DNA of 64,000 nucleotides, taken from contig CAMPAN010000001.1 of NCBI GenBank assembly GCA_946631895.1, positions 50,436 to 114,435 on the forward strand. The letters run 5' to 3'. Positions 47,687-55,814 of this stretch are shown here, in pieces. The translations under genes and the position numbers were made by a program. This DNA is from an uncultured Clostridia bacterium. GTDB taxonomy: Bacteria > Bacillota > Clostridia > Christensenellales > CAG-138. Under the pieces are notes generated by a model, which saw only the letters and a program-made list of their open reading frames with translations, was not told the DNA's origin and searched no databases. The number at the start of each line of letters is the position of its first letter. Positions within the stretch are counted from its first letter, which is position 1.

Positions 47687-47716
47687 AAAGACGGTCGGAG
47701 TGATCCGACCGTCTTT
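47687..47716. terminator. Bidirectional rho-independent terminator
   Basis: AAAGACGGTCGG (47687-47698), loop AGTGAT, CCGACCGTCTTT (47705-47716); perfect 12-bp stem between convergent genes. Confidence 0.7.
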
Positions 47717-47736
47717 GTGCTGTATGCGGATTTTGT

Positions 47737-50103
47737 TTACGGATGCAGTTTGTACAGGAATCCGGCGTCTGTTTTTGCCACGATCTCACAGTTTGCGTTA
47801 TAATACGCATAGTCGATTTCGTAATTCGATCGCTCCGCATTGGTTACAAGGATGTATTGAACGCCGTACTGACGGAAAAGGTCAGGATGAGATCCCGGAT
47901 CTTCAAACATCTGCGTAACGTCGGATTCGCGCTCGGAAGTGTCGATCCCGTGATAATAGAGGAAGGTTCCGGTTCCGGTTACGATGCTTCTTCCCGTGAG
48001 AGGCGTCACGACGTTCCAATGATAGCTGTCGGCAAGAATCACCGCGTCCGGTTCGGTTGCGCGGTATATTTGATCGGACAATTCGGCTTCGGATGCGGTA
48101 TAAACCTGGTATTCGCTTTTCAGCTCGCGCAGGATCGTCATGACGGACGATGAAAACAGTGTGAAAAGCACGATGCAGGAAGCAAGCGTAACTCCCACGC
48201 ATTGCCAGGCCGTTTTCTGTTTCTGCGGATGGGCGATCAGCGCAAGGATCCGTGTCGTCAACAATACGATCATGGCGGCGGAGCAGAGGGCTAAAGTCAG
48301 ATACGCCAATCCTTTGTTCATGAAAAGGGTGCGTTCCCGGTAGTGACAGAGCCATACTGCCGCTAACAGACTCAGCAGCCAAACAGACAGAACGATCGGC
48401 GCAATCCAAACGGTGCAGGATGCACGGTTCCGGAAGGAATCCAGGCATGCGGAGATGCAAAGCGCAAGCAGTATGCACGCGATAAAGAACAGGGTCAGCG
48501 CCGTTCCGTGCCGCAGCATGAACCCGCTTTCCGCATCAGCAACGAGCTTGAACAGGAAGTAACACAACAGTGAACCGGTCAGGAAACAGACGGAAACCCG
48601 ATAAGCATTCAGCCGTTCCGAAATACCGGTCTTTTTCAGAATGAAACGACTGATCCTGTGCAGCCAAACGAAAATGAATTTGGAAATCAGCCCGCATGTG
48701 AAAGCAAACCAGATAAACAGCAGCTTGTTGTTATCGTAATTGTTCGGCTGAAACGCAATAAACTCCGCGATCAGCCAGACAGCTATCGCGCCTGCATAGA
48801 TGCGTTTATCCCGCTTGGGAAGCAGCAGGAACGCGAACGGCATCAGCAGAAAGATCAGGCCGAGGTTTTTGATGTAAAACCAAAGATAGGAATCGGCTTC
48901 GTTCGCCCAGTTCAGATGGAACCGAACAAGTCCGCTTTCGGACGCCTGACGGAATGTAAACAAGAATAACTGCGGCGCGGCAAACAAGCAGGCGACGCCT
49001 GCATAAATCGCCCATCGAACCAGTCGTTTCGGTTCAAAACGAACTGTGATAAGATCTGATATACAGTAGACAGCGCTGATAATTCCGAGCGCAAGAAAGG
49101 AATGCGTGTGAATCATCGGCAGCAAACCGGCAAATACCGCAAGGGGAAGAACGTTGAAATGCTTCTTTTCAAAAGCAAATCCGTGCAGCAAATACAGGCA
49201 GGGGAACAGAAATGCCCACCCGAACAGCGTAGCGCGCTGCGGAATCAGCATATCGACGATCGGATTGACCCATCTTAAGCCCAGAGCAGGCATGTTGGTC
49301 GGTGACAGATAAAAACCGTCGAGCAATAGCTGCGAAACGTTTTGATTCGCGTGAAGCAGGGAGGGAAGTATTCCGCCGGATTTCGACAAATCGAAGAAAT
49401 AGAAGAACCCGAACCCGCCGCCGAAGAAAAACAGTAAAGCGGCAAACAGCGCGCGCGGCTTGCGCTTCAGCCATTGCTTGAAAAACAGATAAACGCCGGA
49501 AACGACAAGGACAAAGGCATAGATCGCGGAAATCAGATAAGCGTCGCGTACTGATGCGCCGAGTTGAAACAGCGAGGCACCGGAGGTCTCGCATAAAAAC
49601 GGATAGTTCAGCGCATGTCCGGGGAAAATGCTGTATTGCGGAGGAAACGCGGTTTGCTCGGCAATGCTTGTGATAAAACCGAGATGCATTGCGAGATCGC
49701 CGTATGTTACCTGACCGACCCATAGCGAACCGTCTTCATGCCGGTTCAGGATATGCGTATGCAGCAGAATACAGCATAACAGAAGAACCGGAAGCAGCCA
49801 CAACATCGAAAGAAGATCTTTTCCGATGCGATAGCTGTGATGCAGGCCGCGTTTCGTCTGTATGAAAACGACTGCGGCAGATGCCGCTGCGGCAAGCAGC
49901 GCAAGAGCAGCGGAAAGCAGCTGTGAAATGACGGTAAACCCGAGAAACAGCGCAAAGAGAGAGGGGGCCCATGTCAGCATCAGCAAGCCGATCGTGAGTC
50001 CGAGCCATATCCGGTTGAGAAACGCGTGCTGTCGAAATACGACCTCGGAGATACAGATCCCCGAGATCGCAAACAGAACGGTGAATAGTATAGCAGCAAT
50101 CAT
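47737..50103 (-). CDS. Large polytopic membrane protein with C-terminal soluble domain (possible GT-C-type glycosyltransferase)
   Basis: About 788 aa with more than 15 hydrophobic segments, then a ~130-aa hydrophilic tail. The ATG at 50103 overlaps the degV stop (ATGA); an upstream ATG at 50142 is also open. Function is not established. Confidence 0.5.
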   Translation of the reverse strand: MIAAILFTVLFAISGICISEVVFRQHAFLNRIWLGLTIGLLMLTWAPSLFALFLGFTVISQLLSAALALLAAAASAAVVFIQTKRGLHHSYRIGKDLLSMLWLLPVLLLCCILLHTHILNRHEDGSLWVGQVTYGDLAMHLGFITSIAEQTAFPPQYSIFPGHALNYPFLCETSGASLFQLGASVRDAYLISAIYAFVLVVSGVYLFFKQWLKRKPRALFAALLFFFGGGFGFFYFFDLSKSGGILPSLLHANQNVSQLLLDGFYLSPTNMPALGLRWVNPIVDMLIPQRATLFGWAFLFPCLYLLHGFAFEKKHFNVLPLAVFAGLLPMIHTHSFLALGIISAVYCISDLITVRFEPKRLVRWAIYAGVACLFAAPQLFLFTFRQASESGLVRFHLNWANEADSYLWFYIKNLGLIFLLMPFAFLLLPKRDKRIYAGAIAVWLIAEFIAFQPNNYDNNKLLFIWFAFTCGLISKFIFVWLHRISRFILKKTGISERLNAYRVSVCFLTGSLLCYFLFKLVADAESGFMLRHGTALTLFFIACILLALCISACLDSFRNRASCTVWIAPIVLSVWLLSLLAAVWLCHYRERTLFMNKGLAYLTLALCSAAMIVLLTTRILALIAHPQKQKTAWQCVGVTLASCIVLFTLFSSSVMTILRELKSEYQVYTASEAELSDQIYRATEPDAVILADSYHWNVVTPLTGRSIVTGTGTFLYYHGIDTSERESDVTQMFEDPGSHPDLFRQYGVQYILVTNAERSNYEIDYAYYNANCEIVAKTDAGFLYKLHP

Positions 50104-50960
50104 TTTGTAATAAACAGGATACCGGTGGTATTCGGTCCGCAATGCGCACTGATCGTCGCGCTTGCATGCGTAATGTGGATTTCCTTGAAAGGCTGCAGCT
50201 GCATGGCAAGATCGCGCATCGCATACAGAACTTCCGGATCCGATCCCGAATGTGTGATGAAACAGCGGTCGAGTACGATGTCGGTACGGTCCTTAATCAT
50301 GTTTTCGACATATTTCAGCGCGCAGCGCTTATAAGAACCCATGTATTTTTTTCCGACGGTCATGGATCCGAAAAGCTCGTTCCGGACCATGATGCAGGGC
50401 TTGATGTTCATAAGCGTAGCACCGAACTGCGCAAGACCGGAGCAGCGTCCGCCGGCGTGCAGATATTTGAGATCGTCAAGTATGAAGGAAGCGTTGACCT
50501 TGTCCGTGATCGGCGTGACTTCTTCAAAAATCTGTTTTGCGCTGAGACCTTGTTTGATCCGCTCACCGCATTCGCAGACAATGTGACCGCTTCCGGAAGA
50601 AAGACTCTTGGAATCGATGACATATACGCGACCGGGATCGAACAATTCTCCGGCCAGCCGAGCGTTGCCGCAGGTGGAAGACAAACCGCTGCCGAGCGAG
50701 ACGTGAACGATATCGTATCCTTGCTCGATATACGGTCTGAATACAGCTTCGTACTCGTCAATGTTCATGGCGGCGGTACTCGGAAGAACATGATTCTTCT
50801 CGTAGTTGTCGTAAATATCCTGATGGGTGATATCAATACCGTCGAGATATTCATTCCCGTTCATGCGAACGTGAATATGCACAAAATCGACGTCGTACCG
50901 TTTTGCAAGCTCCGGACCGATATCGCAGGAGCTGTCGGCAATCAATTTAACAGGGTTCAT
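50100..50960 (-). CDS. degV: DegV family fatty-acid-binding protein
   Basis: AGGAGG SD before the ATG at 50960. VKLIADSSCDI...; SGSGH; 286 aa. Confidence 0.85.
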   Translation of the reverse strand: MNPVKLIADSSCDIGPELAKRYDVDFVHIHVRMNGNEYLDGIDITHQDIYDNYEKNHVLPSTAAMNIDEYEAVFRPYIEQGYDIVHVSLGSGLSSTCGNARLAGELFDPGRVYVIDSKSLSSGSGHIVCECGERIKQGLSAKQIFEEVTPITDKVNASFILDDLKYLHAGGRCSGLAQFGATLMNIKPCIMVRNELFGSMTVGKKYMGSYKRCALKYVENMIKDRTDIVLDRCFITHSGSDPEVLYAMRDLAMQLQPFKEIHITHASATISAHCGPNTTGILFITK

Positions 50961-51139
50961 CGTATATTCCTCCTTTTTCATATTATCATGATGAGGCGAA
51001 GATGTCAATTTTTTTCGGTTCGGAGATGCAGAAAAACAAAAGAAAGGTGCATAAAATGCAACAATCTTGTGAACTGCATTGACGAACCGCGTAAAAACGG
51101 GTAACATAGACAAAGAAAAAAAGGGAGAGCGGGAAAGCA

Positions 51140-51739
51140 ATGGCAAAGAATCCGTATACGGTACTCGGTGTTTCCGAGACGGCAAGCGACGAAGAAATCC
51201 GCGCTGCATACCGAAGGCTTGCCAAAAAATACCATCCCGACCTGAACCCGAACGACTCGTCTGCGGCAGCAAAGATGAATGACGTCAATGTTGCATATGA
51301 TCAGATCAAGACGGCGGAGAAGCGGGCGGCATATCGCGCGTCCGAACGTCAGCAGACATACACGCAGCAATCCGCGTACGGTCAGAATCCCTGGCAGACC
51401 TATTATCGCACGGGGCAGGGTTATTACGGCGGTTCCTATACCGGCAACGGTGACGACGGCGGCAATGAGCCTCCGTTCGGCTGGGACTCGATTTTCGAAG
51501 AACAGGAACGCAGAAGAACGGTTTCCGTACGGTATCGCCTGCTTCGCAGATTGTATTTGCTGCTGATGTTCATCTTTTTGTTCTTCGTCTTCGTACACTG
51601 TATTGTAACGCCGATGCTGACCCGTTGTGTCGCGCCATTCTTCGGACTGTGTTTCGGTTCGCAGAACGCGTATCAATACAACGAAGTCACAGACAGCGCC
51701 GAGAGCATGAAAGAAGGTATTTATTATGAAGTTTCGTGA
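51140..51739 (+). CDS. J-domain (DnaJ-like) protein with C-terminal membrane segment
   Basis: NPYTVLGVSETASDEEIRAAYRRLAKKYHPDLNP (HPD motif); Q/Y/G-rich linker; hydrophobic C-terminal region. Confidence 0.75.
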   Translation: MAKNPYTVLGVSETASDEEIRAAYRRLAKKYHPDLNPNDSSAAAKMNDVNVAYDQIKTAEKRAAYRASERQQTYTQQSAYGQNPWQTYYRTGQGYYGGSYTGNGDDGGNEPPFGWDSIFEEQERRRTVSVRYRLLRRLYLLLMFIFLFFVFVHCIVTPMLTRCVAPFFGLCFGSQNAYQYNEVTDSAESMKEGIYYEVS

Positions 51740-52190
51740 GCGTTTATATCGATTTATGCAGGGACGGAACGGCGTTGACGCTCTGACAAAGTTTATGAAC
51801 CGAGTCAGTCTCGTGTGCCTGATCGCGGCAGTTTTCTTTACCTTTCTGTCACTGGTTTGTCTGACACACGGAGGGAATACCGCCGCGCTTGTGTTCCGGA
51901 TTCTGTACTATGTGTTCTACGGATTCGGCATCATCGTCATGATCTTGTGGATCTTTCGCGCGTTTTCCAGAAACGTATCGAAACGGCAGGCAGAGAATAC
52001 CAGATTCCTGTATCGACAGCAGAAGCTGAACCGCCGTTTTGCATCATTGAAGCAGCAGTGGAAGGACCGTAAAACGTACAAGTATTTCAAATGCCCGCAA
52101 TGCGGGCAGAGGATCCGCGCACCACGGCACAAAGGAAAGATCCGCGTTACCTGTTCAAAGTGTTCAAACATCTTTATCACAAAAACCTGA
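51726..52190 (+). CDS. Membrane protein with C-terminal zinc ribbon
   Basis: Overlaps the J-domain gene by 14 nt; two TM segments; C-terminal CPQCGQ...CSKCS. Confidence 0.5.
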   Translation: MKFRERLYRFMQGRNGVDALTKFMNRVSLVCLIAAVFFTFLSLVCLTHGGNTAALVFRILYYVFYGFGIIVMILWIFRAFSRNVSKRQAENTRFLYRQQKLNRRFASLKQQWKDRKTYKYFKCPQCGQRIRAPRHKGKIRVTCSKCSNIFITKT

Positions 52191-52244
52191 TACTTGCATA
52201 TACCTCCGATTGTGTTATAATATTAGCACAACGGAGGTTTTCTT

Positions 52245-53075
52245 ATGAGTTACGCAGATCAGGTTTATATGGATAATTGCCGCAGAATTCTCACCGAAGG
52301 CGTATGGGATACGGATCGTCCGGTGCGTCCGAAATGGGAGGATGGCACGCCTGCACATACGGTAAAGCTGTTCGGAATCGTCAACCGGTATGATTTGCAG
52401 AAGGAGTTTCCGATCATGACGCTTCGCCGTACGTACTGGAAATCCTGTGTCGACGAGCTGCTTTGGATCTGGCAGAAGAAATCAAATGACGTTCACGCGC
52501 TCGGCAGTCATATCTGGGACAGCTGGGCGGATGAATCCGGTTCGATCGGGAAAGCATACGGGTATCAGCTTGCGCAAAAGCATCTGTATCCGGAAGGCGA
52601 GTTTGATCAGGTCAATCGCGTATTGTATCAGCTGAAGCACGATCCAACCAGCCGAAGGATCCTTACGAGCATGTATAACTTTGAAGACCTTCATGAAATG
52701 CATCTCTATCCCTGCGCATACAGCATGACGTTCAATGTGTCAGGAAACAAACTGAACGCAATTCTGAACCAACGATCCCAGGATATGCTGACTGCAAACA
52801 ACTGGAATGTGGTGCAGTATGCCGTTCTCGTCCACATGTTCGCGCAGGTCTCCGGATTGGAACCCGGCGAGCTGGTACACGTCATTGCAGATTGTCATAT
52901 CTATGATCGTCATGTGGAAATGGTAGAGAAAATGATTCGGCTCGAGCCGTTCGACGCACCGAAATTCTTGATGGATACGGATGTAAAGGATTTTTATGCG
53001 TTTACGACGAAAAGCTTCAAAATGGAAAACTACCGGTATCATCCGTTTGATGGGACGATCCCGGTCGCGGTATAA
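52245..53075 (+). CDS. thyA: Thymidylate synthase (ThyA)
   Basis: LLWIWQKKSNDV, YPCAYSMTFNV (catalytic Cys) and NQRSQDMLTANNWN motifs. Confidence 0.92.
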   Translation: MSYADQVYMDNCRRILTEGVWDTDRPVRPKWEDGTPAHTVKLFGIVNRYDLQKEFPIMTLRRTYWKSCVDELLWIWQKKSNDVHALGSHIWDSWADESGSIGKAYGYQLAQKHLYPEGEFDQVNRVLYQLKHDPTSRRILTSMYNFEDLHEMHLYPCAYSMTFNVSGNKLNAILNQRSQDMLTANNWNVVQYAVLVHMFAQVSGLEPGELVHVIADCHIYDRHVEMVEKMIRLEPFDAPKFLMDTDVKDFYAFTTKSFKMENYRYHPFDGTIPVAV

Positions 53076-53080
53076 TAGAA

Positions 53081-53584
53081 ATGAAAGCAATCGTAAATGT
53101 TACCCCGCAATGGGGAATCGGAAGTGAAGGCCGTCTTTTGGTGCGTATCCATGCGGATATGCGCCGTTTTCGCATGCTGACGTCCCATAATACGATCATC
53201 ATCGGACGCAAAACACTCGGAACGTTTCCGAACGGCGCGCCGCTTCCGAATCGCGACAATATCATTCTGACACGCGATCCGATGTTTACGGCAGGCAATG
53301 CGCTCGTCTGTCACGATCTGAGCGAACTCAGTCGTGCTGTTTCCGACCGTGATCCGGACACGGTTTATGTGTGCGGAGGAGAGCAGATTTATCGCTTGTT
53401 GCTGCCGTATTGTGATTCCGCGCTTGTGACGCTGACGTACACGGATGCCGAGGCGGATCGATTCTTCCCGAATCTGAACCTGATGCCGAACTGGATCATA
53501 ACGGACGCAGGGGAGAAACAGGTCGAAGAAGAAACCGCTTTTCGCTTCCTGACCTATACAAATACCGAGCCTACCAGACTGTAA
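53081..53584 (+). CDS. folA: Dihydrofolate reductase
   Basis: thyA-folA order; ...IIIGRKT..., PLPNRDNIILT and VCGGEQIY motifs. Confidence 0.9.
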   Translation: MKAIVNVTPQWGIGSEGRLLVRIHADMRRFRMLTSHNTIIIGRKTLGTFPNGAPLPNRDNIILTRDPMFTAGNALVCHDLSELSRAVSDRDPDTVYVCGGEQIYRLLLPYCDSALVTLTYTDAEADRFFPNLNLMPNWIITDAGEKQVEEETAFRFLTYTNTEPTRL

Positions 53585-53590
53585 TCGGAA

Positions 53591-54079
53591 TCAAGTTTTA
53601 TGCAATTCCATATAAATCGAGCTTGACGCTTCATCCTTCGCAATCAGATAATCCGGGAAGTCTTTCTGGCGAAAGCCCAGTTTCCTGTACAATGCAACAG
53701 CTTTCGTATTTTCCGGATTTGGGTCGACCCAGACTGTCTTTGCGCCGTTTTGGAATGCTTCTTTGATTGCGTAGGATAGTCCTGCGGCAGCGATACCCCG
53801 TCCGCGTGCAAATCCGAACAGTTTTATATCAAGAGCGGCACTTTGATGCTCTCTGTCGATCTTATAGAATGATTCGCCGCAGTACTGCCCGTCTTTAAAT
53901 ATCGAATAGTGGTTCAGAGCCGGTCTGTTTGAATCTATCCATCGAAACCATTTTTCCATTCTTTCGTCTGTTTCGTGTAATCCTTCCGGGAAGCCGACAA
54001 ACCGCATGACGTCTCCGTCAGCCCAGAGCTGTTGAACGCTTTTGATGTCATCAATAGTTGTTTCTTTTATCTCGAGCAT
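53591..54079 (-). CDS. GNAT family N-acetyltransferase
   Basis: GGAGG SD before MLEIKE. ARGRGIAAAGL (acetyl-CoA-binding Q/RxxGxG/A motif); 162 aa. Confidence 0.75.
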   Translation of the reverse strand: MLEIKETTIDDIKSVQQLWADGDVMRFVGFPEGLHETDERMEKWFRWIDSNRPALNHYSIFKDGQYCGESFYKIDREHQSAALDIKLFGFARGRGIAAAGLSYAIKEAFQNGAKTVWVDPNPENTKAVALYRKLGFRQKDFPDYLIAKDEASSSIYMELHKT

Positions 54080-54115
54080 CAGATATCCTCCGCGAATTCC
54101 TGAATTTCGAAGATC

Positions 54116-54144
54116 ATTATACACTAAAAACATGATATTTACAA
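54116..54144 (-). promoter_or_regulatory. Candidate sigma-A promoter of the GNAT gene
   Basis: Minus strand: TTGTAA (54139-54144), 17 nt, TATAAT (54116-54121). Confidence 0.5.
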
Positions 54145-54288
54145 CCATTCAGAGCAATGAGCTCTGCGGCGACGTGGCGGAGGCGGGAAGAGTCGCTTCT
54201 CGCTGCGGCTCGGTCACGGCGCGGCTCTGAAGCCGCACTGCGGCTTCATTCACCCCCGCGCCGGGTTCTCCTCCCTCCGCATAATTCT

Positions 54289-54324
54289 AAAAAGAAAGCA
54301 AGGCGTCAGCAACGCCTTGCTTTC
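54289..54324 (-). terminator. Rho-independent terminator of ssrA
   Basis: GAAAGCAAGGCG (54294-54305) pairs with CGCCTTGCTTTC (54313-54324), followed on the minus strand by TTTTT. Confidence 0.7.
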
Positions 54325-54328
54325 TTTC

Positions 54329-54683
54329 TGGTGGAGGCGGGGGGAGTCGAACCCCCGTCCGAAAACCCGTTGGCAGGATTTTCTCCGAGCGCAGTCGGTG
54401 TTTTAGGATTCCCCTCGCGCGGCGCCCTCCGACAGGCTCCGCGTTACGGTAGCTTCATAAAGTCCGGCCTGCGGCAAAGCTTACGCAGGTTCGTTCCCTA
54501 CCCTAATGACGCCCGGTTCCGAAGCGGTAAGTTTCCTCGGGCGGACGCGTAGCTGCTTTATGCAGCTGCGAGCTGAGTGTGATTGTTGTCAGTTATTTTA
54601 GACAGTTCCCGTTTTTAACGAAGCACGGGGCTTCGGCTCGCTTATCCCGCTTCCGCGATCCCCGTCGAAACCATTTCGCCCCC
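54329..54683 (-). ncRNA. ssrA: tmRNA (SsrA)
   Basis: 5' end GGGGGCGAAAUGGUUUCGACGGGGAU; 3' end GGGGGUUCGACUCCCCCCGCCUCCACCA (tRNA-like T arm, acceptor and CCA). Tag ORF ends ...DNNHTQLAAA-TAA (about 54558-54600). Lies immediately downstream of smpB. Confidence 0.9.
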
Positions 54684-54724
54684 AAGACCGTAAAGCGGTA
54701 TTCATATAGTATGCCGATACCGGA

Positions 54725-55192
54725 TCAGCGATACTGCTTTTTAAAATTCCGATCCATATCGCGATCGGCGTCGCGCTCCGCAATGCTTGCGCGCTTGTCA
54801 TAGAGCTTTTTGCCCTTTGCGACCGCAAGCTCAACCTTGACCTTGCCGTCATTAAAGTAGACGGACAGGGGAACAAGACTGTATCCGTCCGCCTGGGAAA
54901 GTGTGTTGAGCTTTCGAATCTCGCGAGAGTGTGCCAAAAGCTTTCTTGTACGAAACGGATCATGATTATAGATGTTTCCCTGTTCATACGGGCTGATGTG
55001 CATACCGATCAAAAAGAGTTCGCCGTTCTTGACCTGCGCATAGCTGTCCTTAAGGTTCAGCGATCCGTTGCGAATTGATTTGACTTCAGTGCCCTGCAAT
55101 GCGATTCCGCATTCATAGGTGTCTTCGATAAAATAGTCGTGACGCGCCTTGCGGTTCAGCGCGGCGACTTTGATTCCTTTGTGTACCGGCAT
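54725..55192 (-). CDS. smpB: SsrA-binding protein SmpB
   Basis: [27 protein letters not shown]...; C-terminal basic tail; start trimmed to MPVHKG. Confidence 0.9.
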   Translation of the reverse strand: MPVHKGIKVAALNRKARHDYFIEDTYECGIALQGTEVKSIRNGSLNLKDSYAQVKNGELFLIGMHISPYEQGNIYNHDPFRTRKLLAHSREIRKLNTLSQADGYSLVPLSVYFNDGKVKVELAVAKGKKLYDKRASIAERDADRDMDRNFKKQYR

Positions 55193-55262
55193 GGCACGTC
55201 CTCCTTTCTCAGAATAGAAACGGTGCATCCGTAGATGCACCGTTGCATGCGTTATACTTTCT

Positions 55263-55523
55263 TCAGATCGATTTTCCTGCGAATCTGGCGATCAGCAGAA
55301 GAGCGATTGCCATGACCGCAATTACGATCGAAAGAACAACGGTGATCTTTTGCAGCTTCGCTTCACGGCTTGCCGCTTTTCCGCGCTGGGAGAAAGAAAC
55401 GGTATCACTGCCGTATGCCGCTCCGAGACCGGAAGACTTGGTCTGCTGTACGAGAACAACCACGCACATCAGAATCGACGAAAGCACGAGAATGCCTGCA
55501 ATAATCCACATTAAAATACCCAT
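55263..55523 (-). CDS. secG: Preprotein translocase subunit SecG
   Basis: GGAGG SD. Two TM segments with [15 protein letters not shown] between them; 86 aa. Confidence 0.8.
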   Translation of the reverse strand: MGILMWIIAGILVLSSILMCVVVLVQQTKSSGLGAAYGSDTVSFSQRGKAASREAKLQKITVVLSIVIAVMAIALLLIARFAGKSI

Positions 55524-55554
55524 ATAAGTTCCTCCAAAAATATCTGCGGAAATG

Positions 55555-55583
55555 ATTATAACACGCACCTATTGAAAATGCAA
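55555..55583 (-). promoter_or_regulatory. Sigma-A promoter of secG
   Basis: Minus strand: TTGCAT (55578-55583), 17 nt, TATAAT (55555-55560). Confidence 0.6.
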
Positions 55584-55766
55584 GCATAAAAAAGGAATCT
55601 TTGAATGTTTTTAGGAGCCGTAATGATCTTTCAATATCTGTCCGACCGCAGTTATGGTGAAACTGTCTTTGCAAACGGGGGAGGCGGCGACGATCACGGA
55701 AAACCCGACAGTCGTGTATGGGAAATGTTTCATCACGAAACGATAACGTTTGAAAGGGATCCGTGC

Positions 55767-55802
55767 AAAAAACAGGCACAGAGCCTTTTGCCCTGCGCCT
55801 GT
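55767..55802 (-). terminator. Probable terminator after gpmI
   Basis: Imperfect hairpin ACAGGCGCAGGGC...GGCTCTGTGCCTGT, followed on the minus strand by TTTTTT. Confidence 0.5.
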
Positions 55803-55814
55803 CATTTTAGCAAT

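Noticed and set aside
54157-54552. 131-aa ORF on the plus strand.
   Set aside because: It runs through the ssrA terminator and most of the tmRNA gene on the opposite strand. It has no SD, and the tmRNA assignment explains the sequence.
55611-55805. 64-aa ORF on the minus strand between gpmI and secG.
   Set aside because: It starts inside the gpmI terminator hairpin and has no SD or recognisable motif.
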